Shown here: positions 14,643 to 25,666 of the stretch, in pieces
Position numbering within the stretch: the first letter of the stretch is position 1
Layout of the letters: each line of letters begins with the position of its first letter
IMG/VR virus record: IMGVR_UViG_3300029874_000018
Coordinates: 1 to 32,000 of that record
DNA length: 32,000 nt
Reading direction: 5' to 3' (one strand)
Source of the DNA: a virus
Position numbers and translations under genes: made by a program
Notes under the pieces: generated by a model
Seen by the model: the letters and a program-made list of their open reading frames with translations, nothing else
Databases searched by the model: none
Told to the model about the DNA's origin: nothing

Positions 14643-15215
14643 ATGTTCATTCTTATCAAAAATCAGGAAGGCGAAAGCATGAACTTGCTTTCCCAGAATA
14701 CCGATTTCAACGCTCTACTGGCAGCCATGAAAACTGACATTGAGGCAGAGTACGAAAAGGCAACAGGTTATGCGATTGACCTTGACGAAGATTCCGGCAG
14801 CGATTATGAAGTCGGTATCAACGTTGAGGACAGTGCAGCAGACGGTTTCTGCCTTGCGTCCGGGTATATGTACGGCGCAGACAGCAACTTTGACTGGGGC
14901 ATTTTCAAAGTAAAGTCTCAGAAAAACAATGTTGCAGCGAAGCCCTACATTGGCTTGGATATGAACAAGTTCTTTCGGCAGAAAATGCTGCTGATTGACC
15001 TCTCGGCAAAAGTAAAGGACCTCGGCTATGACCATCTGGCCGATGAGCTTTGGGGCGCAATCGGTGTCTTCGACGCTGTACAGGATTCAGCTGAAGGAGA
15101 CGGTGTTTTCACTGCTCCGGAAGCGGATGAAAAAACCGGTCTGTTCCTTGACGATTTTTATAACGACGTTCTGGAAAAGATTCTGAACGCCGACAAGAAA
15201 AAGGAGGAAAAGTAA
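14643..15215 (+). CDS. hypothetical protein
   Basis: CAGGAGG SD, 190 aa. Confidence 0.8.
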   Translation: MFILIKNQEGESMNLLSQNTDFNALLAAMKTDIEAEYEKATGYAIDLDEDSGSDYEVGINVEDSAADGFCLASGYMYGADSNFDWGIFKVKSQKNNVAAKPYIGLDMNKFFRQKMLLIDLSAKVKDLGYDHLADELWGAIGVFDAVQDSAEGDGVFTAPEADEKTGLFLDDFYNDVLEKILNADKKKEEK

Positions 15216-15218
15216 GCC

Positions 15219-15704
15219 ATGAGACTCTACATCCAAGGCGAACACGGCAAGCTCCTAACTTTCACCCCGGAAGAAATCAAGAAAAAGCTCGGTATTCCAT
15301 TCGATATCGCTGCTCTTGGCATCGAGGTAGATGATGGCGACACCACCATCAGGGCTCAGTCATACCCCAAATTGGATTATCAGAACGGGAACCCGCCCAT
15401 CGACCTCTGCGTCAATGAAATGCAGGTTGGCTCACTGGCTATGCCGACGTCCGACATTCCGGCTCCTGTCATTTATCTCTATGATGAACAGGGGCAGGAT
15501 GAATCGGATTGGTTTGCATGTACCAGCTTTGCACCCCGTGCATCTGGTGACGAAAGTTCTCATGTCGTCTTCTGTGACATGAGTTTTGGCAATGCGTTTG
15601 CTACCACAGACGTTTTTGCGAACCCGCGCACGGGAATTCCTTTCGTGCAGTGTTCCACTGAGAATCAACTTTCTGATTTCAGGAAAGCTGATTCCCATGA
15701 ATAA
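15219..15704 (+). CDS. hypothetical protein
   Basis: AAAGGAGG SD, 161 aa. Confidence 0.8.
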   Translation: MRLYIQGEHGKLLTFTPEEIKKKLGIPFDIAALGIEVDDGDTTIRAQSYPKLDYQNGNPPIDLCVNEMQVGSLAMPTSDIPAPVIYLYDEQGQDESDWFACTSFAPRASGDESSHVVFCDMSFGNAFATTDVFANPRTGIPFVQCSTENQLSDFRKADSHE

Positions 15705-15769
15705 TATCTGACTCGTATCTTTGCGGTCGTTCCTTTTGGAGCGGCCGCTTTTTTTTGTTTTCAGTTTCC

Positions 15770-15797
15770 TTGCGCAAATGTGCGAGTCTCATAAAAT
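15770..15797 (+). promoter_or_regulatory. tripartite phage promoter, copy 5
   Basis: TTGCGC-N4-GTGCGA-N6-TAAAAT. Confidence 0.75.
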
Positions 15798-15818
15798 GAA
15801 AATTAGGGAGGTGCTGTT

Positions 15819-16115
15819 TTGAAAATTCAGAGAATCATGCCTGCAACTACTCACTCCATGAAAGACGCGTTACCGCTTGGGACTATCCTGACGGTGAAAA
15901 ATGTTGCAGACCAGAAATATATTGTGGTCGGCTATGACACAAGTTCTTTTCCGCATAACTACTATGCGGTTCCCTGGCCGCAAGGGTACATGGGTGAAGA
16001 AAATATGTACTTGGTAGGATTTGATGATATTGCGAAAGTTCTGTGTCGCGGCGGAATCAATGAGGAATCCAGAGTTTTCTTGCAGGCACTGGATGATGTG
16101 TTGAACGGGAGGTGA
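15819..16115 (+). CDS. hypothetical, resembles DUF4176-type proteins
   Basis: LPLGTILTVKNVADQKYIVVGYD...YYAVPWPQGYMGEENMYLVGFDDIAKVLCRG. Confidence 0.6.
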   Translation: MKIQRIMPATTHSMKDALPLGTILTVKNVADQKYIVVGYDTSSFPHNYYAVPWPQGYMGEENMYLVGFDDIAKVLCRGGINEESRVFLQALDDVLNGR

Positions 16116-16119
16116 CACG

Positions 16120-16335
16120 GTGACGGTAAAAGAGCTGAAGCATATGCTTGAGAACGCGGACGACAATGCTATCGTCGTTGTGCGAAATAACTGGGCTCCG
16201 GCGGAATTCCTGAATACCTCTGCTCGGAAGATGGTGCTTGTGAAAACAAATGGCAAGCTCATGACGCCGAAATGGGCCGAGGCGAGCGGGTATATCTGCG
16301 AAGGCCCTGCTATGTCGGCAATTTTATTCGATTGA
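16120..16335 (+). CDS. hypothetical protein (GTG start)
   Basis: GGGAGG SD, 71 aa. Confidence 0.65.
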   Translation: MTVKELKHMLENADDNAIVVVRNNWAPAEFLNTSARKMVLVKTNGKLMTPKWAEASGYICEGPAMSAILFD

Positions 16336-16348
16336 GGTGAGAAAAATC

Positions 16349-16678
16349 ATGCCCGATAAAAAAGTGGCCACGCAGGCATCTGATGGACCCTGGGAACGCG
16401 AAACCATCATCACATTCAATGATGCGGAGAAGAAAGCATCCTACTACACCTGCAACAAAGCTCGTATGGAACAGCTAAAAGAGCTTGCCAAAGAGTACCC
16501 TGATGCTGTTAAAATCACGCGGGATGAGGACTGGTGTATGGAGGCAGATATGCCCAAGAAATGGGTCAAAATCAAGCCGCCTCGCAAGCTGACCGAAGAG
16601 CAATATGCGGAACTGGTCAGACGCGGCAAAGAACTTGCAGAGCGGCAGCGGCAGCTAAAAAACGAAACGAAGGAATAA
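16349..16678 (+). CDS. hypothetical protein
   Basis: GAGGTGAG SD before ATG 16349, 109 aa. Confidence 0.75.
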   Translation: MPDKKVATQASDGPWERETIITFNDAEKKASYYTCNKARMEQLKELAKEYPDAVKITRDEDWCMEADMPKKWVKIKPPRKLTEEQYAELVRRGKELAERQRQLKNETKE

Positions 16679-16712
16679 ACCGGCTTCATATGCCGGAAGA
16701 GGAGAATATAAA

Positions 16713-17330
16713 ATGTACAATTCTTACAGCGCATTGAATCTTTTGGGCGGTATGCTCTATACGGTGATTCTTCTGGTGGTAGCGTATTTTGTGCTCAAAA
16801 TCGTCGCCAATTGGAAAATTTTTGAGAAGGCCGGGCAGCCTGGCTGGGCATCCATCGTCCCGTTCTACAGCAACTACATCGAATTCAACATTTACTGGGG
16901 GAACGGCTGGTTGTTTCTGATTCCGGTCTTGCTGAGCCTTTTGTCTGGCATCCCGCTGCTCGGCAATCTGTTCCTGGTTGTTGCCCTCATCATCGGTGCT
17001 ATTACCAACTACAAGAAAGCTGTTGCGTTCGGTGAAGGTATTGGTTTCACGATTGGTCTTTGCCTTCTGAATCCGGTGTTCAACATGATTCTTGCTTTCG
17101 GCCATTATGAGTATCACGGTATCCCGCAGGATGGCTATTCCTATTCTCAGCTCAAGACCAAATATGAGGAAAAGAAAGCCGAACAGCAGAACAACCCCAG
17201 TACTGTTCAGTACCAGGCCCCCGAAACTCCCAAAGAGCCGAGCCAGAATGTTCAGTATCAGACTCCGAATGCTCCTGCTGAAGTCAAGACCCCGCCGACT
17301 CAGCAGAATCAAAATCAGGACAATGGCTGA
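16713..17330 (+). CDS. multi-pass membrane protein, DUF5684-like
   Basis: Several TM segments; WKIFEKAGQPGWASIVPFYSNYIEF motif; Pro/Gln-rich tail. Confidence 0.7.
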   Translation: MYNSYSALNLLGGMLYTVILLVVAYFVLKIVANWKIFEKAGQPGWASIVPFYSNYIEFNIYWGNGWLFLIPVLLSLLSGIPLLGNLFLVVALIIGAITNYKKAVAFGEGIGFTIGLCLLNPVFNMILAFGHYEYHGIPQDGYSYSQLKTKYEEKKAEQQNNPSTVQYQAPETPKEPSQNVQYQTPNAPAEVKTPPTQQNQNQDNG

Positions 17331-17523
17331 TATTATTTGGGTCGTTGTGTTTCTCTGCGTTCTCATCGCGTCCTGCTTTGGAATGTACTATTTCCAAGGT
17401 GAGAACAAACAAAAATTTGTGTTTTGCTTTTTGCTGGTAGCATTATCTTTTGGAGTTCTTGCGTTTCGGCTCCTGGATATTGCCTACACAATGATAAACG
17501 TAGCTGTCAAAGCCGCACAATGA
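17323..17523 (+). CDS. small two-TM membrane protein
   Basis: ATG overlaps the preceding stop; MADIIWVVVFLCVLIASCFGMYYFQG... Confidence 0.6.
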   Translation: MADIIWVVVFLCVLIASCFGMYYFQGENKQKFVFCFLLVALSFGVLAFRLLDIAYTMINVAVKAAQ

Positions 17524-17551
17524 CCTTTTTGCAATTCTCAAACTGTTTTTT

Positions 17552-17585
17552 GGCAGACCTTCCAACCGAGGGCCTGCCTTTTTTA
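17552..17585 (+). terminator. leader-type terminator upstream of 17607 ORF
   Basis: GGCAGACCTTCCAACCGAGGGCCTGCC-TTTTT then CCAGGAGG SD. Confidence 0.65.
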
Positions 17586-17606
17586 TTGTTGCCAGGAGGA
17601 AAATCT

Positions 17607-18488
17607 ATGAAAATCCGATTCTATACAACCAACAAGGAAGCTATTGTATTCGACCTTGAGGATATTTTGAAGCAGCTCAACATTGAAGAGCAGGTAGCCA
17701 CTGTCGGCCTTGTCATTGAAAAAGACGAGGCCGAGGTTGAGGCAATCGCTCAGACAATACAAGACGATTATCCGAACATGTACCTTCAGGCAAAAGAATA
17801 CGGGCGAAATCTGACCTTGGCTTGTGCGGAGCTTCCGAACCCTACTAACCCGGATATTGTAACCTACCTCTATGCGGGCGATGATGCTACGGAAACTGAC
17901 AGTTGGATTGCGAAAGTGAACAACACAATTCGTGCGCAAGGGGATAACAGTGAACGGCTCATCCATATTGACTCGAATCTCGCTGCCGTGGTAGAAGCAA
18001 ACGAAACGGAACAAGGATACTATGCTTCCACCGTGTCGCAGCATGACAAGGCCACAAACGAAATGCTGAGTTTTCGACAGATTGCAGAGTCGTTGGAAGC
18101 TGTTGGGGATAACTACAAGTACCAGAGCGCAAGCAACATTCTGACTGCAAGAACCAAAGCAGAGCGGAACTATATTGTCCGGCTTATCAAGATGTATTGC
18201 GACGATACTAAATACCTTGCTGGTTCTATGCCGCAAAATGAGAACCCGTTCTGTGTCCAGAACGTTGACGCTCTGAACCAGCGCGATGCGCAGTGGTCAG
18301 AAATCAAAGAGTATCTTGCACAGGACGAGAATCGCAACAAGCTGGATGTGATTCTTGGCTTCGTGCCGGATGAGGAGAGCGACAAGACTCTAATTCTGCA
18401 CAGCATTGAAGAAAAAGGGAAGGCCATGTCTGATTCTGAAATCGAAAAAGCATATAATTTGCTGTTTGGTGACTGTAGCAATGGATGA
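17607..18488 (+). CDS. hypothetical protein
   Basis: CCAGGAGG SD before ATG 17607, 293 aa. Confidence 0.8.
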   Translation: MKIRFYTTNKEAIVFDLEDILKQLNIEEQVATVGLVIEKDEAEVEAIAQTIQDDYPNMYLQAKEYGRNLTLACAELPNPTNPDIVTYLYAGDDATETDSWIAKVNNTIRAQGDNSERLIHIDSNLAAVVEANETEQGYYASTVSQHDKATNEMLSFRQIAESLEAVGDNYKYQSASNILTARTKAERNYIVRLIKMYCDDTKYLAGSMPQNENPFCVQNVDALNQRDAQWSEIKEYLAQDENRNKLDVILGFVPDEESDKTLILHSIEEKGKAMSDSEIEKAYNLLFGDCSNG

Positions 18489-18494
18489 ATAATC

Positions 18495-18522
18495 TTGCGC
18501 TTTCGTGCGAGACCCGTATAAT
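18495..18522 (+). promoter_or_regulatory. tripartite phage promoter, copy 6
   Basis: TTGCGC-N4-GTGCGA-N6-TATAAT. Confidence 0.8.
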
Positions 18523-18527
18523 TTAGC

Positions 18528-18624
18528 TTGTACGATAGATACCATCTACTAAGCACACTGTGTGCTCGTACAATTCACACTTCGCTTTAAGGCGGACTTC
18601 CCACACCGGGAGGTTCGCCTTTTT
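18528..18624 (+). promoter_or_regulatory. structured leader (three-way-junction candidate) plus intrinsic terminator
   Basis: TTGTACGA-T-AGAT-ACC-ATCT-ACTAA-GCACA-CTG-TGTGC-TCGTACAA, then GGCGGAC...GTTCGCC-TTTTT. Confidence 0.7.
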
Positions 18625-18650
18625 GCGTACAAGAAAAAAGGAGTGTTATA

Positions 18651-19055
18651 ATGGGTAGTATATGGACGGCTCTTGGCAACCGACTTGAAACCGCTTGGAA
18701 GAGACCTACTAAGCCCAACTCTAAACGCCCGAAAGACGGTGAAATCATCGACGAAGAGAAATCGGTGCGCTGGAACAGGGAAGAGGTCGTTCGCCGACAG
18801 AAAGCCTGGGATGCGGAATGCTCTCGGCTGAAGAAGGCGCAGAATGCAGAAATCAAACACATCTCGGAAGCTATCGAACTTCAAATTCAGGAAGACATCA
18901 AAGCCGAAACGAAACGCAGCATTTCCAAAAAGGCTGCAACCATCCTCTGGCAAAAAGCCTACGACCGTGGCCACGCCTATGGTTTCGCTGACATCTACTG
19001 TGCCATCGAAGACTACGAGGAGCTGGTTGTTGCCGTACTCACAAACGCCCGCTGA
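18651..19055 (+). CDS. hypothetical protein
   Basis: AAGGAG SD, 134 aa. Confidence 0.8.
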   Translation: MGSIWTALGNRLETAWKRPTKPNSKRPKDGEIIDEEKSVRWNREEVVRRQKAWDAECSRLKKAQNAEIKHISEAIELQIQEDIKAETKRSISKKAATILWQKAYDRGHAYGFADIYCAIEDYEELVVAVLTNAR

Positions 19056-19086
19056 ACTCAACCACAAATCACAGAAAGGAAAAAAT

Positions 19087-19896
19087 ATGAAATTAAACGA
19101 ATATCTCACAGAAAACGGCGTCAAGCTGATGATTAAAGGCTCCGGAGAAAATTATCCTCCACGCCAGACAAACGACCTCGGTATGTACGATTACGCCGAA
19201 GGTCTTGAAAACGTCATCGGCAAAATGGCTTGGATTTGCGATTATCGCGCAAATGCGGAGCCGACCAAAGGGCCAATTCGTAACATCAAACCTACCCCCG
19301 TTGTTGTTACGGATGCAAAAGAAACGAGCAAAACCATCTATTATTCTCCGGTCTATTTTCGGCCGGTAAATAAGGGTAAGATTTCTTCAACCGTCATTGC
19401 TCCCATGGATAAAACCGGGTATCGCTGCAACTCTGGTACTTCCGTCAACATCTTCTACACGAAAGAAAAGTGCGTGAAGTGTTATCGGGAGCAGGTTCGG
19501 CAGGCAGACGAGATTTATGAGAAAGAGAAGGCTCGCATCATCAAAGAGTTCGACGCTCGCATGCAGATTCTCAATGATTCTCTCACGCCGTTCAACGATG
19601 TCCCGCAGAGCGATTACACCGTTGTTGCAAAAATGGATGTTACGAACGATTCTCTCGGATACAATGAGAAAAATCGGCATTTTTATCTCGAGACGACCCG
19701 AACCATGATTCCGACTCGCTATACCATCGAAATGCTCAAGATGCAGGCACTGATTGGCCTGGTGGATGAACTCCGTGCAAACACCACCTGGCAAAAGGGC
19801 GTTCCTTTCCGTATCCTTATCAGAACAACAGTTTTCGTGGATGGTATTGAAGATGTCAGCCAGGCCACAACGGAATCTCAAACCATTACCCTTTGA
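19087..19896 (+). CDS. hypothetical protein
   Basis: AAAGGA SD before ATG 19087, 269 aa. Confidence 0.8.
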   Translation: MKLNEYLTENGVKLMIKGSGENYPPRQTNDLGMYDYAEGLENVIGKMAWICDYRANAEPTKGPIRNIKPTPVVVTDAKETSKTIYYSPVYFRPVNKGKISSTVIAPMDKTGYRCNSGTSVNIFYTKEKCVKCYREQVRQADEIYEKEKARIIKEFDARMQILNDSLTPFNDVPQSDYTVVAKMDVTNDSLGYNEKNRHFYLETTRTMIPTRYTIEMLKMQALIGLVDELRANTTWQKGVPFRILIRTTVFVDGIEDVSQATTESQTITL

Positions 19897-19916
19897 TGAA
19901 CTATGAAGAGCGCACG

Positions 19917-19947
19917 CCCCGTCTATAGCCGTAAGGCTTAGGTGGGG
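19917..19947 (-). repeat. dispersed hairpin copy 4 (minus orientation)
   Basis: Reverse complement: CCCCACCTAAGCCTTACGGCTATAGACGGGG. Confidence 0.7.
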
Positions 19948-19985
19948 AGGTTCACAAAAAACAAAACAATACATATGTGAGGTAA

Positions 19986-22052
<2,067 letters not shown>

Positions 22053-22066
22053 GGAGGTCTTGTGGT

Positions 22067-22312
22067 ATGTATGACTTCGACCGCATCGTAAAAGCTGCGG
22101 AGTCCTGTGACTTTCACGGCGAGTTTGCCTCCGACATCAAGCACTGTGAAAATGCACTTAGCATGGGTGGTCTCATGGCCATCAATGCTGAATGTTGGCT
22201 TGACGTTCTGAACGCAATGCCGGATACCGAAATTGCAGAGTATGTTCGCACTAAATATAAGCCCGGTCTCTTGAATCCGTTCAAGGGTACGTCGCTTTAC
22301 ATCAAATCTTAA
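22067..22312 (+). CDS. hypothetical protein (GLLNPF family, paralog of 8006-8248)
   Basis: AAGGAGG SD; MYDFDRIVKAAESCDFHGEFASDIKHCENALSMGGLMAINAECWLDVLNAMPDTEIAEYVRTKYKPGLLNPFKG. Confidence 0.8.
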   Translation: MYDFDRIVKAAESCDFHGEFASDIKHCENALSMGGLMAINAECWLDVLNAMPDTEIAEYVRTKYKPGLLNPFKGTSLYIKS

Positions 22313-22348
22313 CCTCTTGCCGCTTGCCCTTTACCGGGTGGGCGGCTT

Positions 22349-22376
22349 TTGCTAATATGTGCGAATCGCGTACACT
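22349..22376 (+). promoter_or_regulatory. tripartite phage promoter, copy 7
   Basis: TTGCTA-N4-GTGCGA-N6-TACACT. Confidence 0.65.
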
Positions 22377-22402
22377 AAAATAATAGAAAGAAGGTATCAA
22401 TA

Positions 22403-23005
22403 ATGAAATCACATGAAGCTCCTGTTACCGAAAGCATGCAACAATGTATCGACTATATCAAGCAGAATGAAGATGAAATCGCAGAATATGTGAATTCGCT
22501 TTTTCTTGCTCAGAAGGATGTAATTAGAGAGCAGCTTTTGGAGAGTTTGGCAGCAATGCTGAACCCCATTCCCACTCATTATGAATGGCGCAGCAATGAT
22601 TGCCCGTATGATTATTCTGGTGAATTGTACGAAGATGGAAAGGTATCTTTGGAGCAGACTGTTAGTGAATTTCTCGAGAGCGAATATACTGGTGCAAGCC
22701 GCGCAACCTATGTATCTCACTATGGTCTATCATATAACACATATGGGGATAGCCTCTCGGACGACACCCTTGAGATTGGCTGCTCCATTATGACCGATGG
22801 AATTAAAGATTTCGTACAGAGGAATGCAGGGATTCCGTGTGAACGATTCTCCCGTGAAGAATTTTTCGACATCAAAACCGAATGTAACGAATTTGACCCG
22901 ATATACGACGAATGCCGCGCCAGCGATTTCTTTTGGGCTGCTGCCGCTGTAGAATTTGCAGGCATTGACAAAATGACTTTGAAAGAAGTTCTCGCCGCAG
23001 TATAA
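22403..23005 (+). CDS. hypothetical protein
   Basis: GAAAGAAGG SD, 200 aa. Confidence 0.8.
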   Translation: MKSHEAPVTESMQQCIDYIKQNEDEIAEYVNSLFLAQKDVIREQLLESLAAMLNPIPTHYEWRSNDCPYDYSGELYEDGKVSLEQTVSEFLESEYTGASRATYVSHYGLSYNTYGDSLSDDTLEIGCSIMTDGIKDFVQRNAGIPCERFSREEFFDIKTECNEFDPIYDECRASDFFWAAAAVEFAGIDKMTLKEVLAAV

Positions 23006-23050
23006 ATTGTCACGAAAGCCGTTCACCGTTTGGTGGACGGCTTTTTCTTT

Positions 23051-23078
23051 TTGACATTTTTTGCGATTTCCCGATAAT
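23051..23078 (+). promoter_or_regulatory. tripartite phage promoter, copy 8
   Basis: TTGACA-N4-TTGCGA-N6-GATAAT. Confidence 0.65.
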
Positions 23079-23079
23079 A

Positions 23080-23217
23080 GTGGAAACACCCAAAACAACG
23101 TGGAAACGTGACGATGCCTTGGCTAGTATCACCTCAAACTATACGGTAAAAGCTAATCTTACTTCCGGTGATTGGAGCGGCACGGTGTCTTTTGCCTGCA
23201 CCATTTCAGGAAACTAA
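23080..23217 (+). pseudogene. C-terminal remnant of a beta-rich surface/tail-type protein (or 45-aa ORF)
   Basis: GTG-initiated frame VETPKTTWKRDDALASITSNYTVKANLTSGDWSGTVSFACTISGN*; no SD. Confidence 0.35.
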
Positions 23218-23284
23218 ATATCCGGTCTTCTAAATTGTACGATGTGCCGTATATATTATTTTCGTAAAAACTTGGTATTTTGGG

Positions 23285-23312
23285 TTGACGGCACGTGCGA
23301 TACCCATAGAAT
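23285..23312 (+). promoter_or_regulatory. tripartite phage promoter, copy 9
   Basis: TTGACG-N4-GTGCGA-N6-TAGAAT. Confidence 0.7.
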
Positions 23313-23368
23313 AGATAATGTAACAGAGATATCATTGATTTGCCATAGTTCATATACCTCCTGGAAGA

Positions 23369-23405
23369 AGGACAGATGCCCATATTGGGTTTCTGTCCTT
23401 TTTCT
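23369..23405 (+). terminator. intrinsic terminator about 60 nt downstream of promoter copy 9
   Basis: AAGGACAGA-TGCCCATATTGGGTT-TCTGTCCTT-TTTC. Confidence 0.7.
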
Positions 23406-23636
23406 TTTTGAGGATTCCCGCAGATTTTCTGCGTTTTATATAGATTTATCCCACGGAATGTGGACTTCTGACAGCCGAGGGAAAGGCTGATTATATAGAA
23501 TTGCTATGCTAATCAACATAGCACGCGTACACAGCGTCAATGTGTTTATATAAATGTTCCTGCACGCGAACGCCGCGTTAAGAGCGTATTTATATATACC
23601 GTATAACAATTACAAACCTTCAAGGAGGACATTACC

Positions 23637-24005
23637 ATGATTCGAAACATAATTTAGCGAGTAGACACCATCGTTAGCAACCACGAAGCCAAAGCCAAAC
23701 AATATACAGCTGACTATGGTTCATTCGTTCACGGTCTAATTGAGACCTAGCTGAGCAAAGATGGTGTGATACTCGCGCTCCTGCTGGAGCAAGTGAAACT
23801 GACCGATGCCGCGAAATTTCTGCTGCTTTTGGCAGTAGTATCAATCGCTGGCGCATTTCTTGTCAAGAAAGTCTTCAAAAACTACAGCCACGTCAAAGGA
23901 TTGGCAGAAGATTTTCTGAAAGCAACTGATGTTTTCGGGGCTATCAAAGAGGCAATTGCTGACATTGCCGATAGCTCATGCAAAACAGACAACAAAAAAG
24001 AATAA
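23637..24005 (+). CDS. small membrane protein with two in-frame TAG codons (candidate amber-recoded gene)
   Basis: SD AAGGAGG before ATG 23637; one frame open to TAA 24003-24005 except TAG at 23655-23657 and 23748-23750; downstream part has a hydrophobic segment (AAKFLLLLAVVSIAGAFLV). Confidence 0.55.
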
Positions 24006-24088
24006 TTACATCCCCATATATGGGGCTCACATTGCTGTGGAGATAAATTCGAGAGCAGCACGGCAGCCCCACGTTACGGGGTTATATT

Positions 24089-25666
24089 ATGGCTAAGAAG
24101 AATAACGTTAAGTTCAATGTTGGCCTCACTGATAAGTACTTTGATGCAGTATCTCGCCAGAACTTACCCATGTGCGCTGCTGCAGATGAAACGATTGACA
24201 ACGGCTTTTCCAACGCTATCGGCCTCATCAGCATGCTGGTCGCTATCGTTAAAGGACATGACAAAAACCTAATTGGTATGGTTATTGCCGACTGGGGTAA
24301 AGGAATGTCCAAGGAGAAGCTGCCGGAATGCCTGCAGTTCGGTAACGACCATACCAATGAAGGCCCGCTGTGCATCCACGGCGTTGGCTTGAACAACTTC
24401 ATCCTTGTTGCTACCCGCAACAAGTATCCCTGGTTCATCGCTTCCAAGGAGCCTGGCGAGAGCATCTATCATCGCGTTGACGGCCCATTCGCCACGACCA
24501 TGACGATGTCTGAGCAGGAAGAGATTCCTATGAAAGATATCGTTATGCGTGAGCAGTTCAAGGCTCTTGGCGCACCGTCCACTATCATTTATGTGGAGAT
24601 GGATAAGGCCACCGCCAGCACCATGCTGACCAAGAACGGCAGCTGCGCTGAGAGCAGGGTCACCAGCCTGAATGTACTGCGTACCTGCCTGGCTGAGCAC
24701 TTTGGTGTCATGTACCGCAACTACCTGGCACCTGATGCTACCGGCGTTGCTCCCGCCCGTATCCTGATTCCCGATTATCGTATGTTTGACGGCAAAACCC
24801 GCGATGTGCTCGTCAAGCCTATTTTCCAGCCGTACAAGGAGAAGCGGCAGGATAAGCGTTTTGTTGTGGAGTACGAGGGATATGAAATTCCTGTCAAGGT
24901 CGAATGTGGCCTGCTTGACAGCGAAGCAACTCGGGGTATGGTTACTGGCGGCTACGATTTGAAGCGTTTCTACCAGTGCAACATGCCCACTCAGGGCTTG
25001 GATATTCAGCTCGGTGACCGCGTTATTTCTACGGCTCAGTTCGATACCATCTGGGATAGGGTTCGTCACCCGTCCTTTAACGCCTTTACCGGCGTTGTGG
25101 CTATCGATATCACTGGCCTGCCGCGCGGATTCCTGAACACCCTTGCCAACAAGTCCAATATCGACTTGAGCGACAAGGGATGGCGTACGATTTTCGACGC
25201 CATTGCCGAGAACGTAAAGCCTTTCGATAGTGAGCCGTTTACCCTCGAAAAGTATGCGCAGGAATTTGCCAATCGTCTGGTTGCTGACACTGGGAATGAA
25301 GTTGAACTCAAGTTTCCCCTGTACGCAAACCGGACTCGTATCGACGTTCTGGAACACATCGATGAGTCCCACTGCCGGATTTACGACTTTATGAGCGGCA
25401 TTGCTACTTTGAAGTCCGTAACCGAGCTGCGGACTCATTGGGATGGCATGGTTGCACAGGGCATTCAGCCCATTTCGGCTGTGATGTACTGCAACAAGCG
25501 TGGTCCGATGTTGAAGCATACCTGCGATGAGATGAATACTCTCGTGCAGGCAATGAACGACGAGGACTTCTACATGACCCTTGAAGCTGCTGGTGGTGAT
25601 GCATCTAAGATGCCGCACTACAGCTTTGATGTGGTTCTCGACCAGAATATTCCCGTCAAGAAATAA
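24089..25666 (+). CDS. GHKL (HSP90/gyrase B/histidine kinase-like) ATPase protein
   Basis: N-box-like AADETIDNGFSNA, G1-like IADWGKGMSKEKL, G2-like IHGVGLNNFILVAT. Confidence 0.7.
   Translation: MAKKNNVKFNVGLTDKYFDAVSRQNLPMCAAADETIDNGFSNAIGLISMLVAIVKGHDKNLIGMVIADWGKGMSKEKLPECLQFGNDHTNEGPLCIHGVGLNNFILVATRNKYPWFIASKEPGESIYHRVDGPFATTMTMSEQEEIPMKDIVMREQFKALGAPSTIIYVEMDKATASTMLTKNGSCAESRVTSLNVLRTCLAEHFGVMYRNYLAPDATGVAPARILIPDYRMFDGKTRDVLVKPIFQPYKEKRQDKRFVVEYEGYEIPVKVECGLLDSEATRGMVTGGYDLKRFYQCNMPTQGLDIQLGDRVISTAQFDTIWDRVRHPSFNAFTGVVAIDITGLPRGFLNTLANKSNIDLSDKGWRTIFDAIAENVKPFDSEPFTLEKYAQEFANRLVADTGNEVELKFPLYANRTRIDVLEHIDESHCRIYDFMSGIATLKSVTELRTHWDGMVAQGIQPISAVMYCNKRGPMLKHTCDEMNTLVQAMNDEDFYMTLEAAGGDASKMPHYSFDVVLDQNIPVKK

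Noticed and set aside
23233-23245. TTGTACGATG similar to the leader box
   Set aside because: No tripartite promoter at the right distance and no TCGTACAA partner; possibly a decayed copy, not counted.
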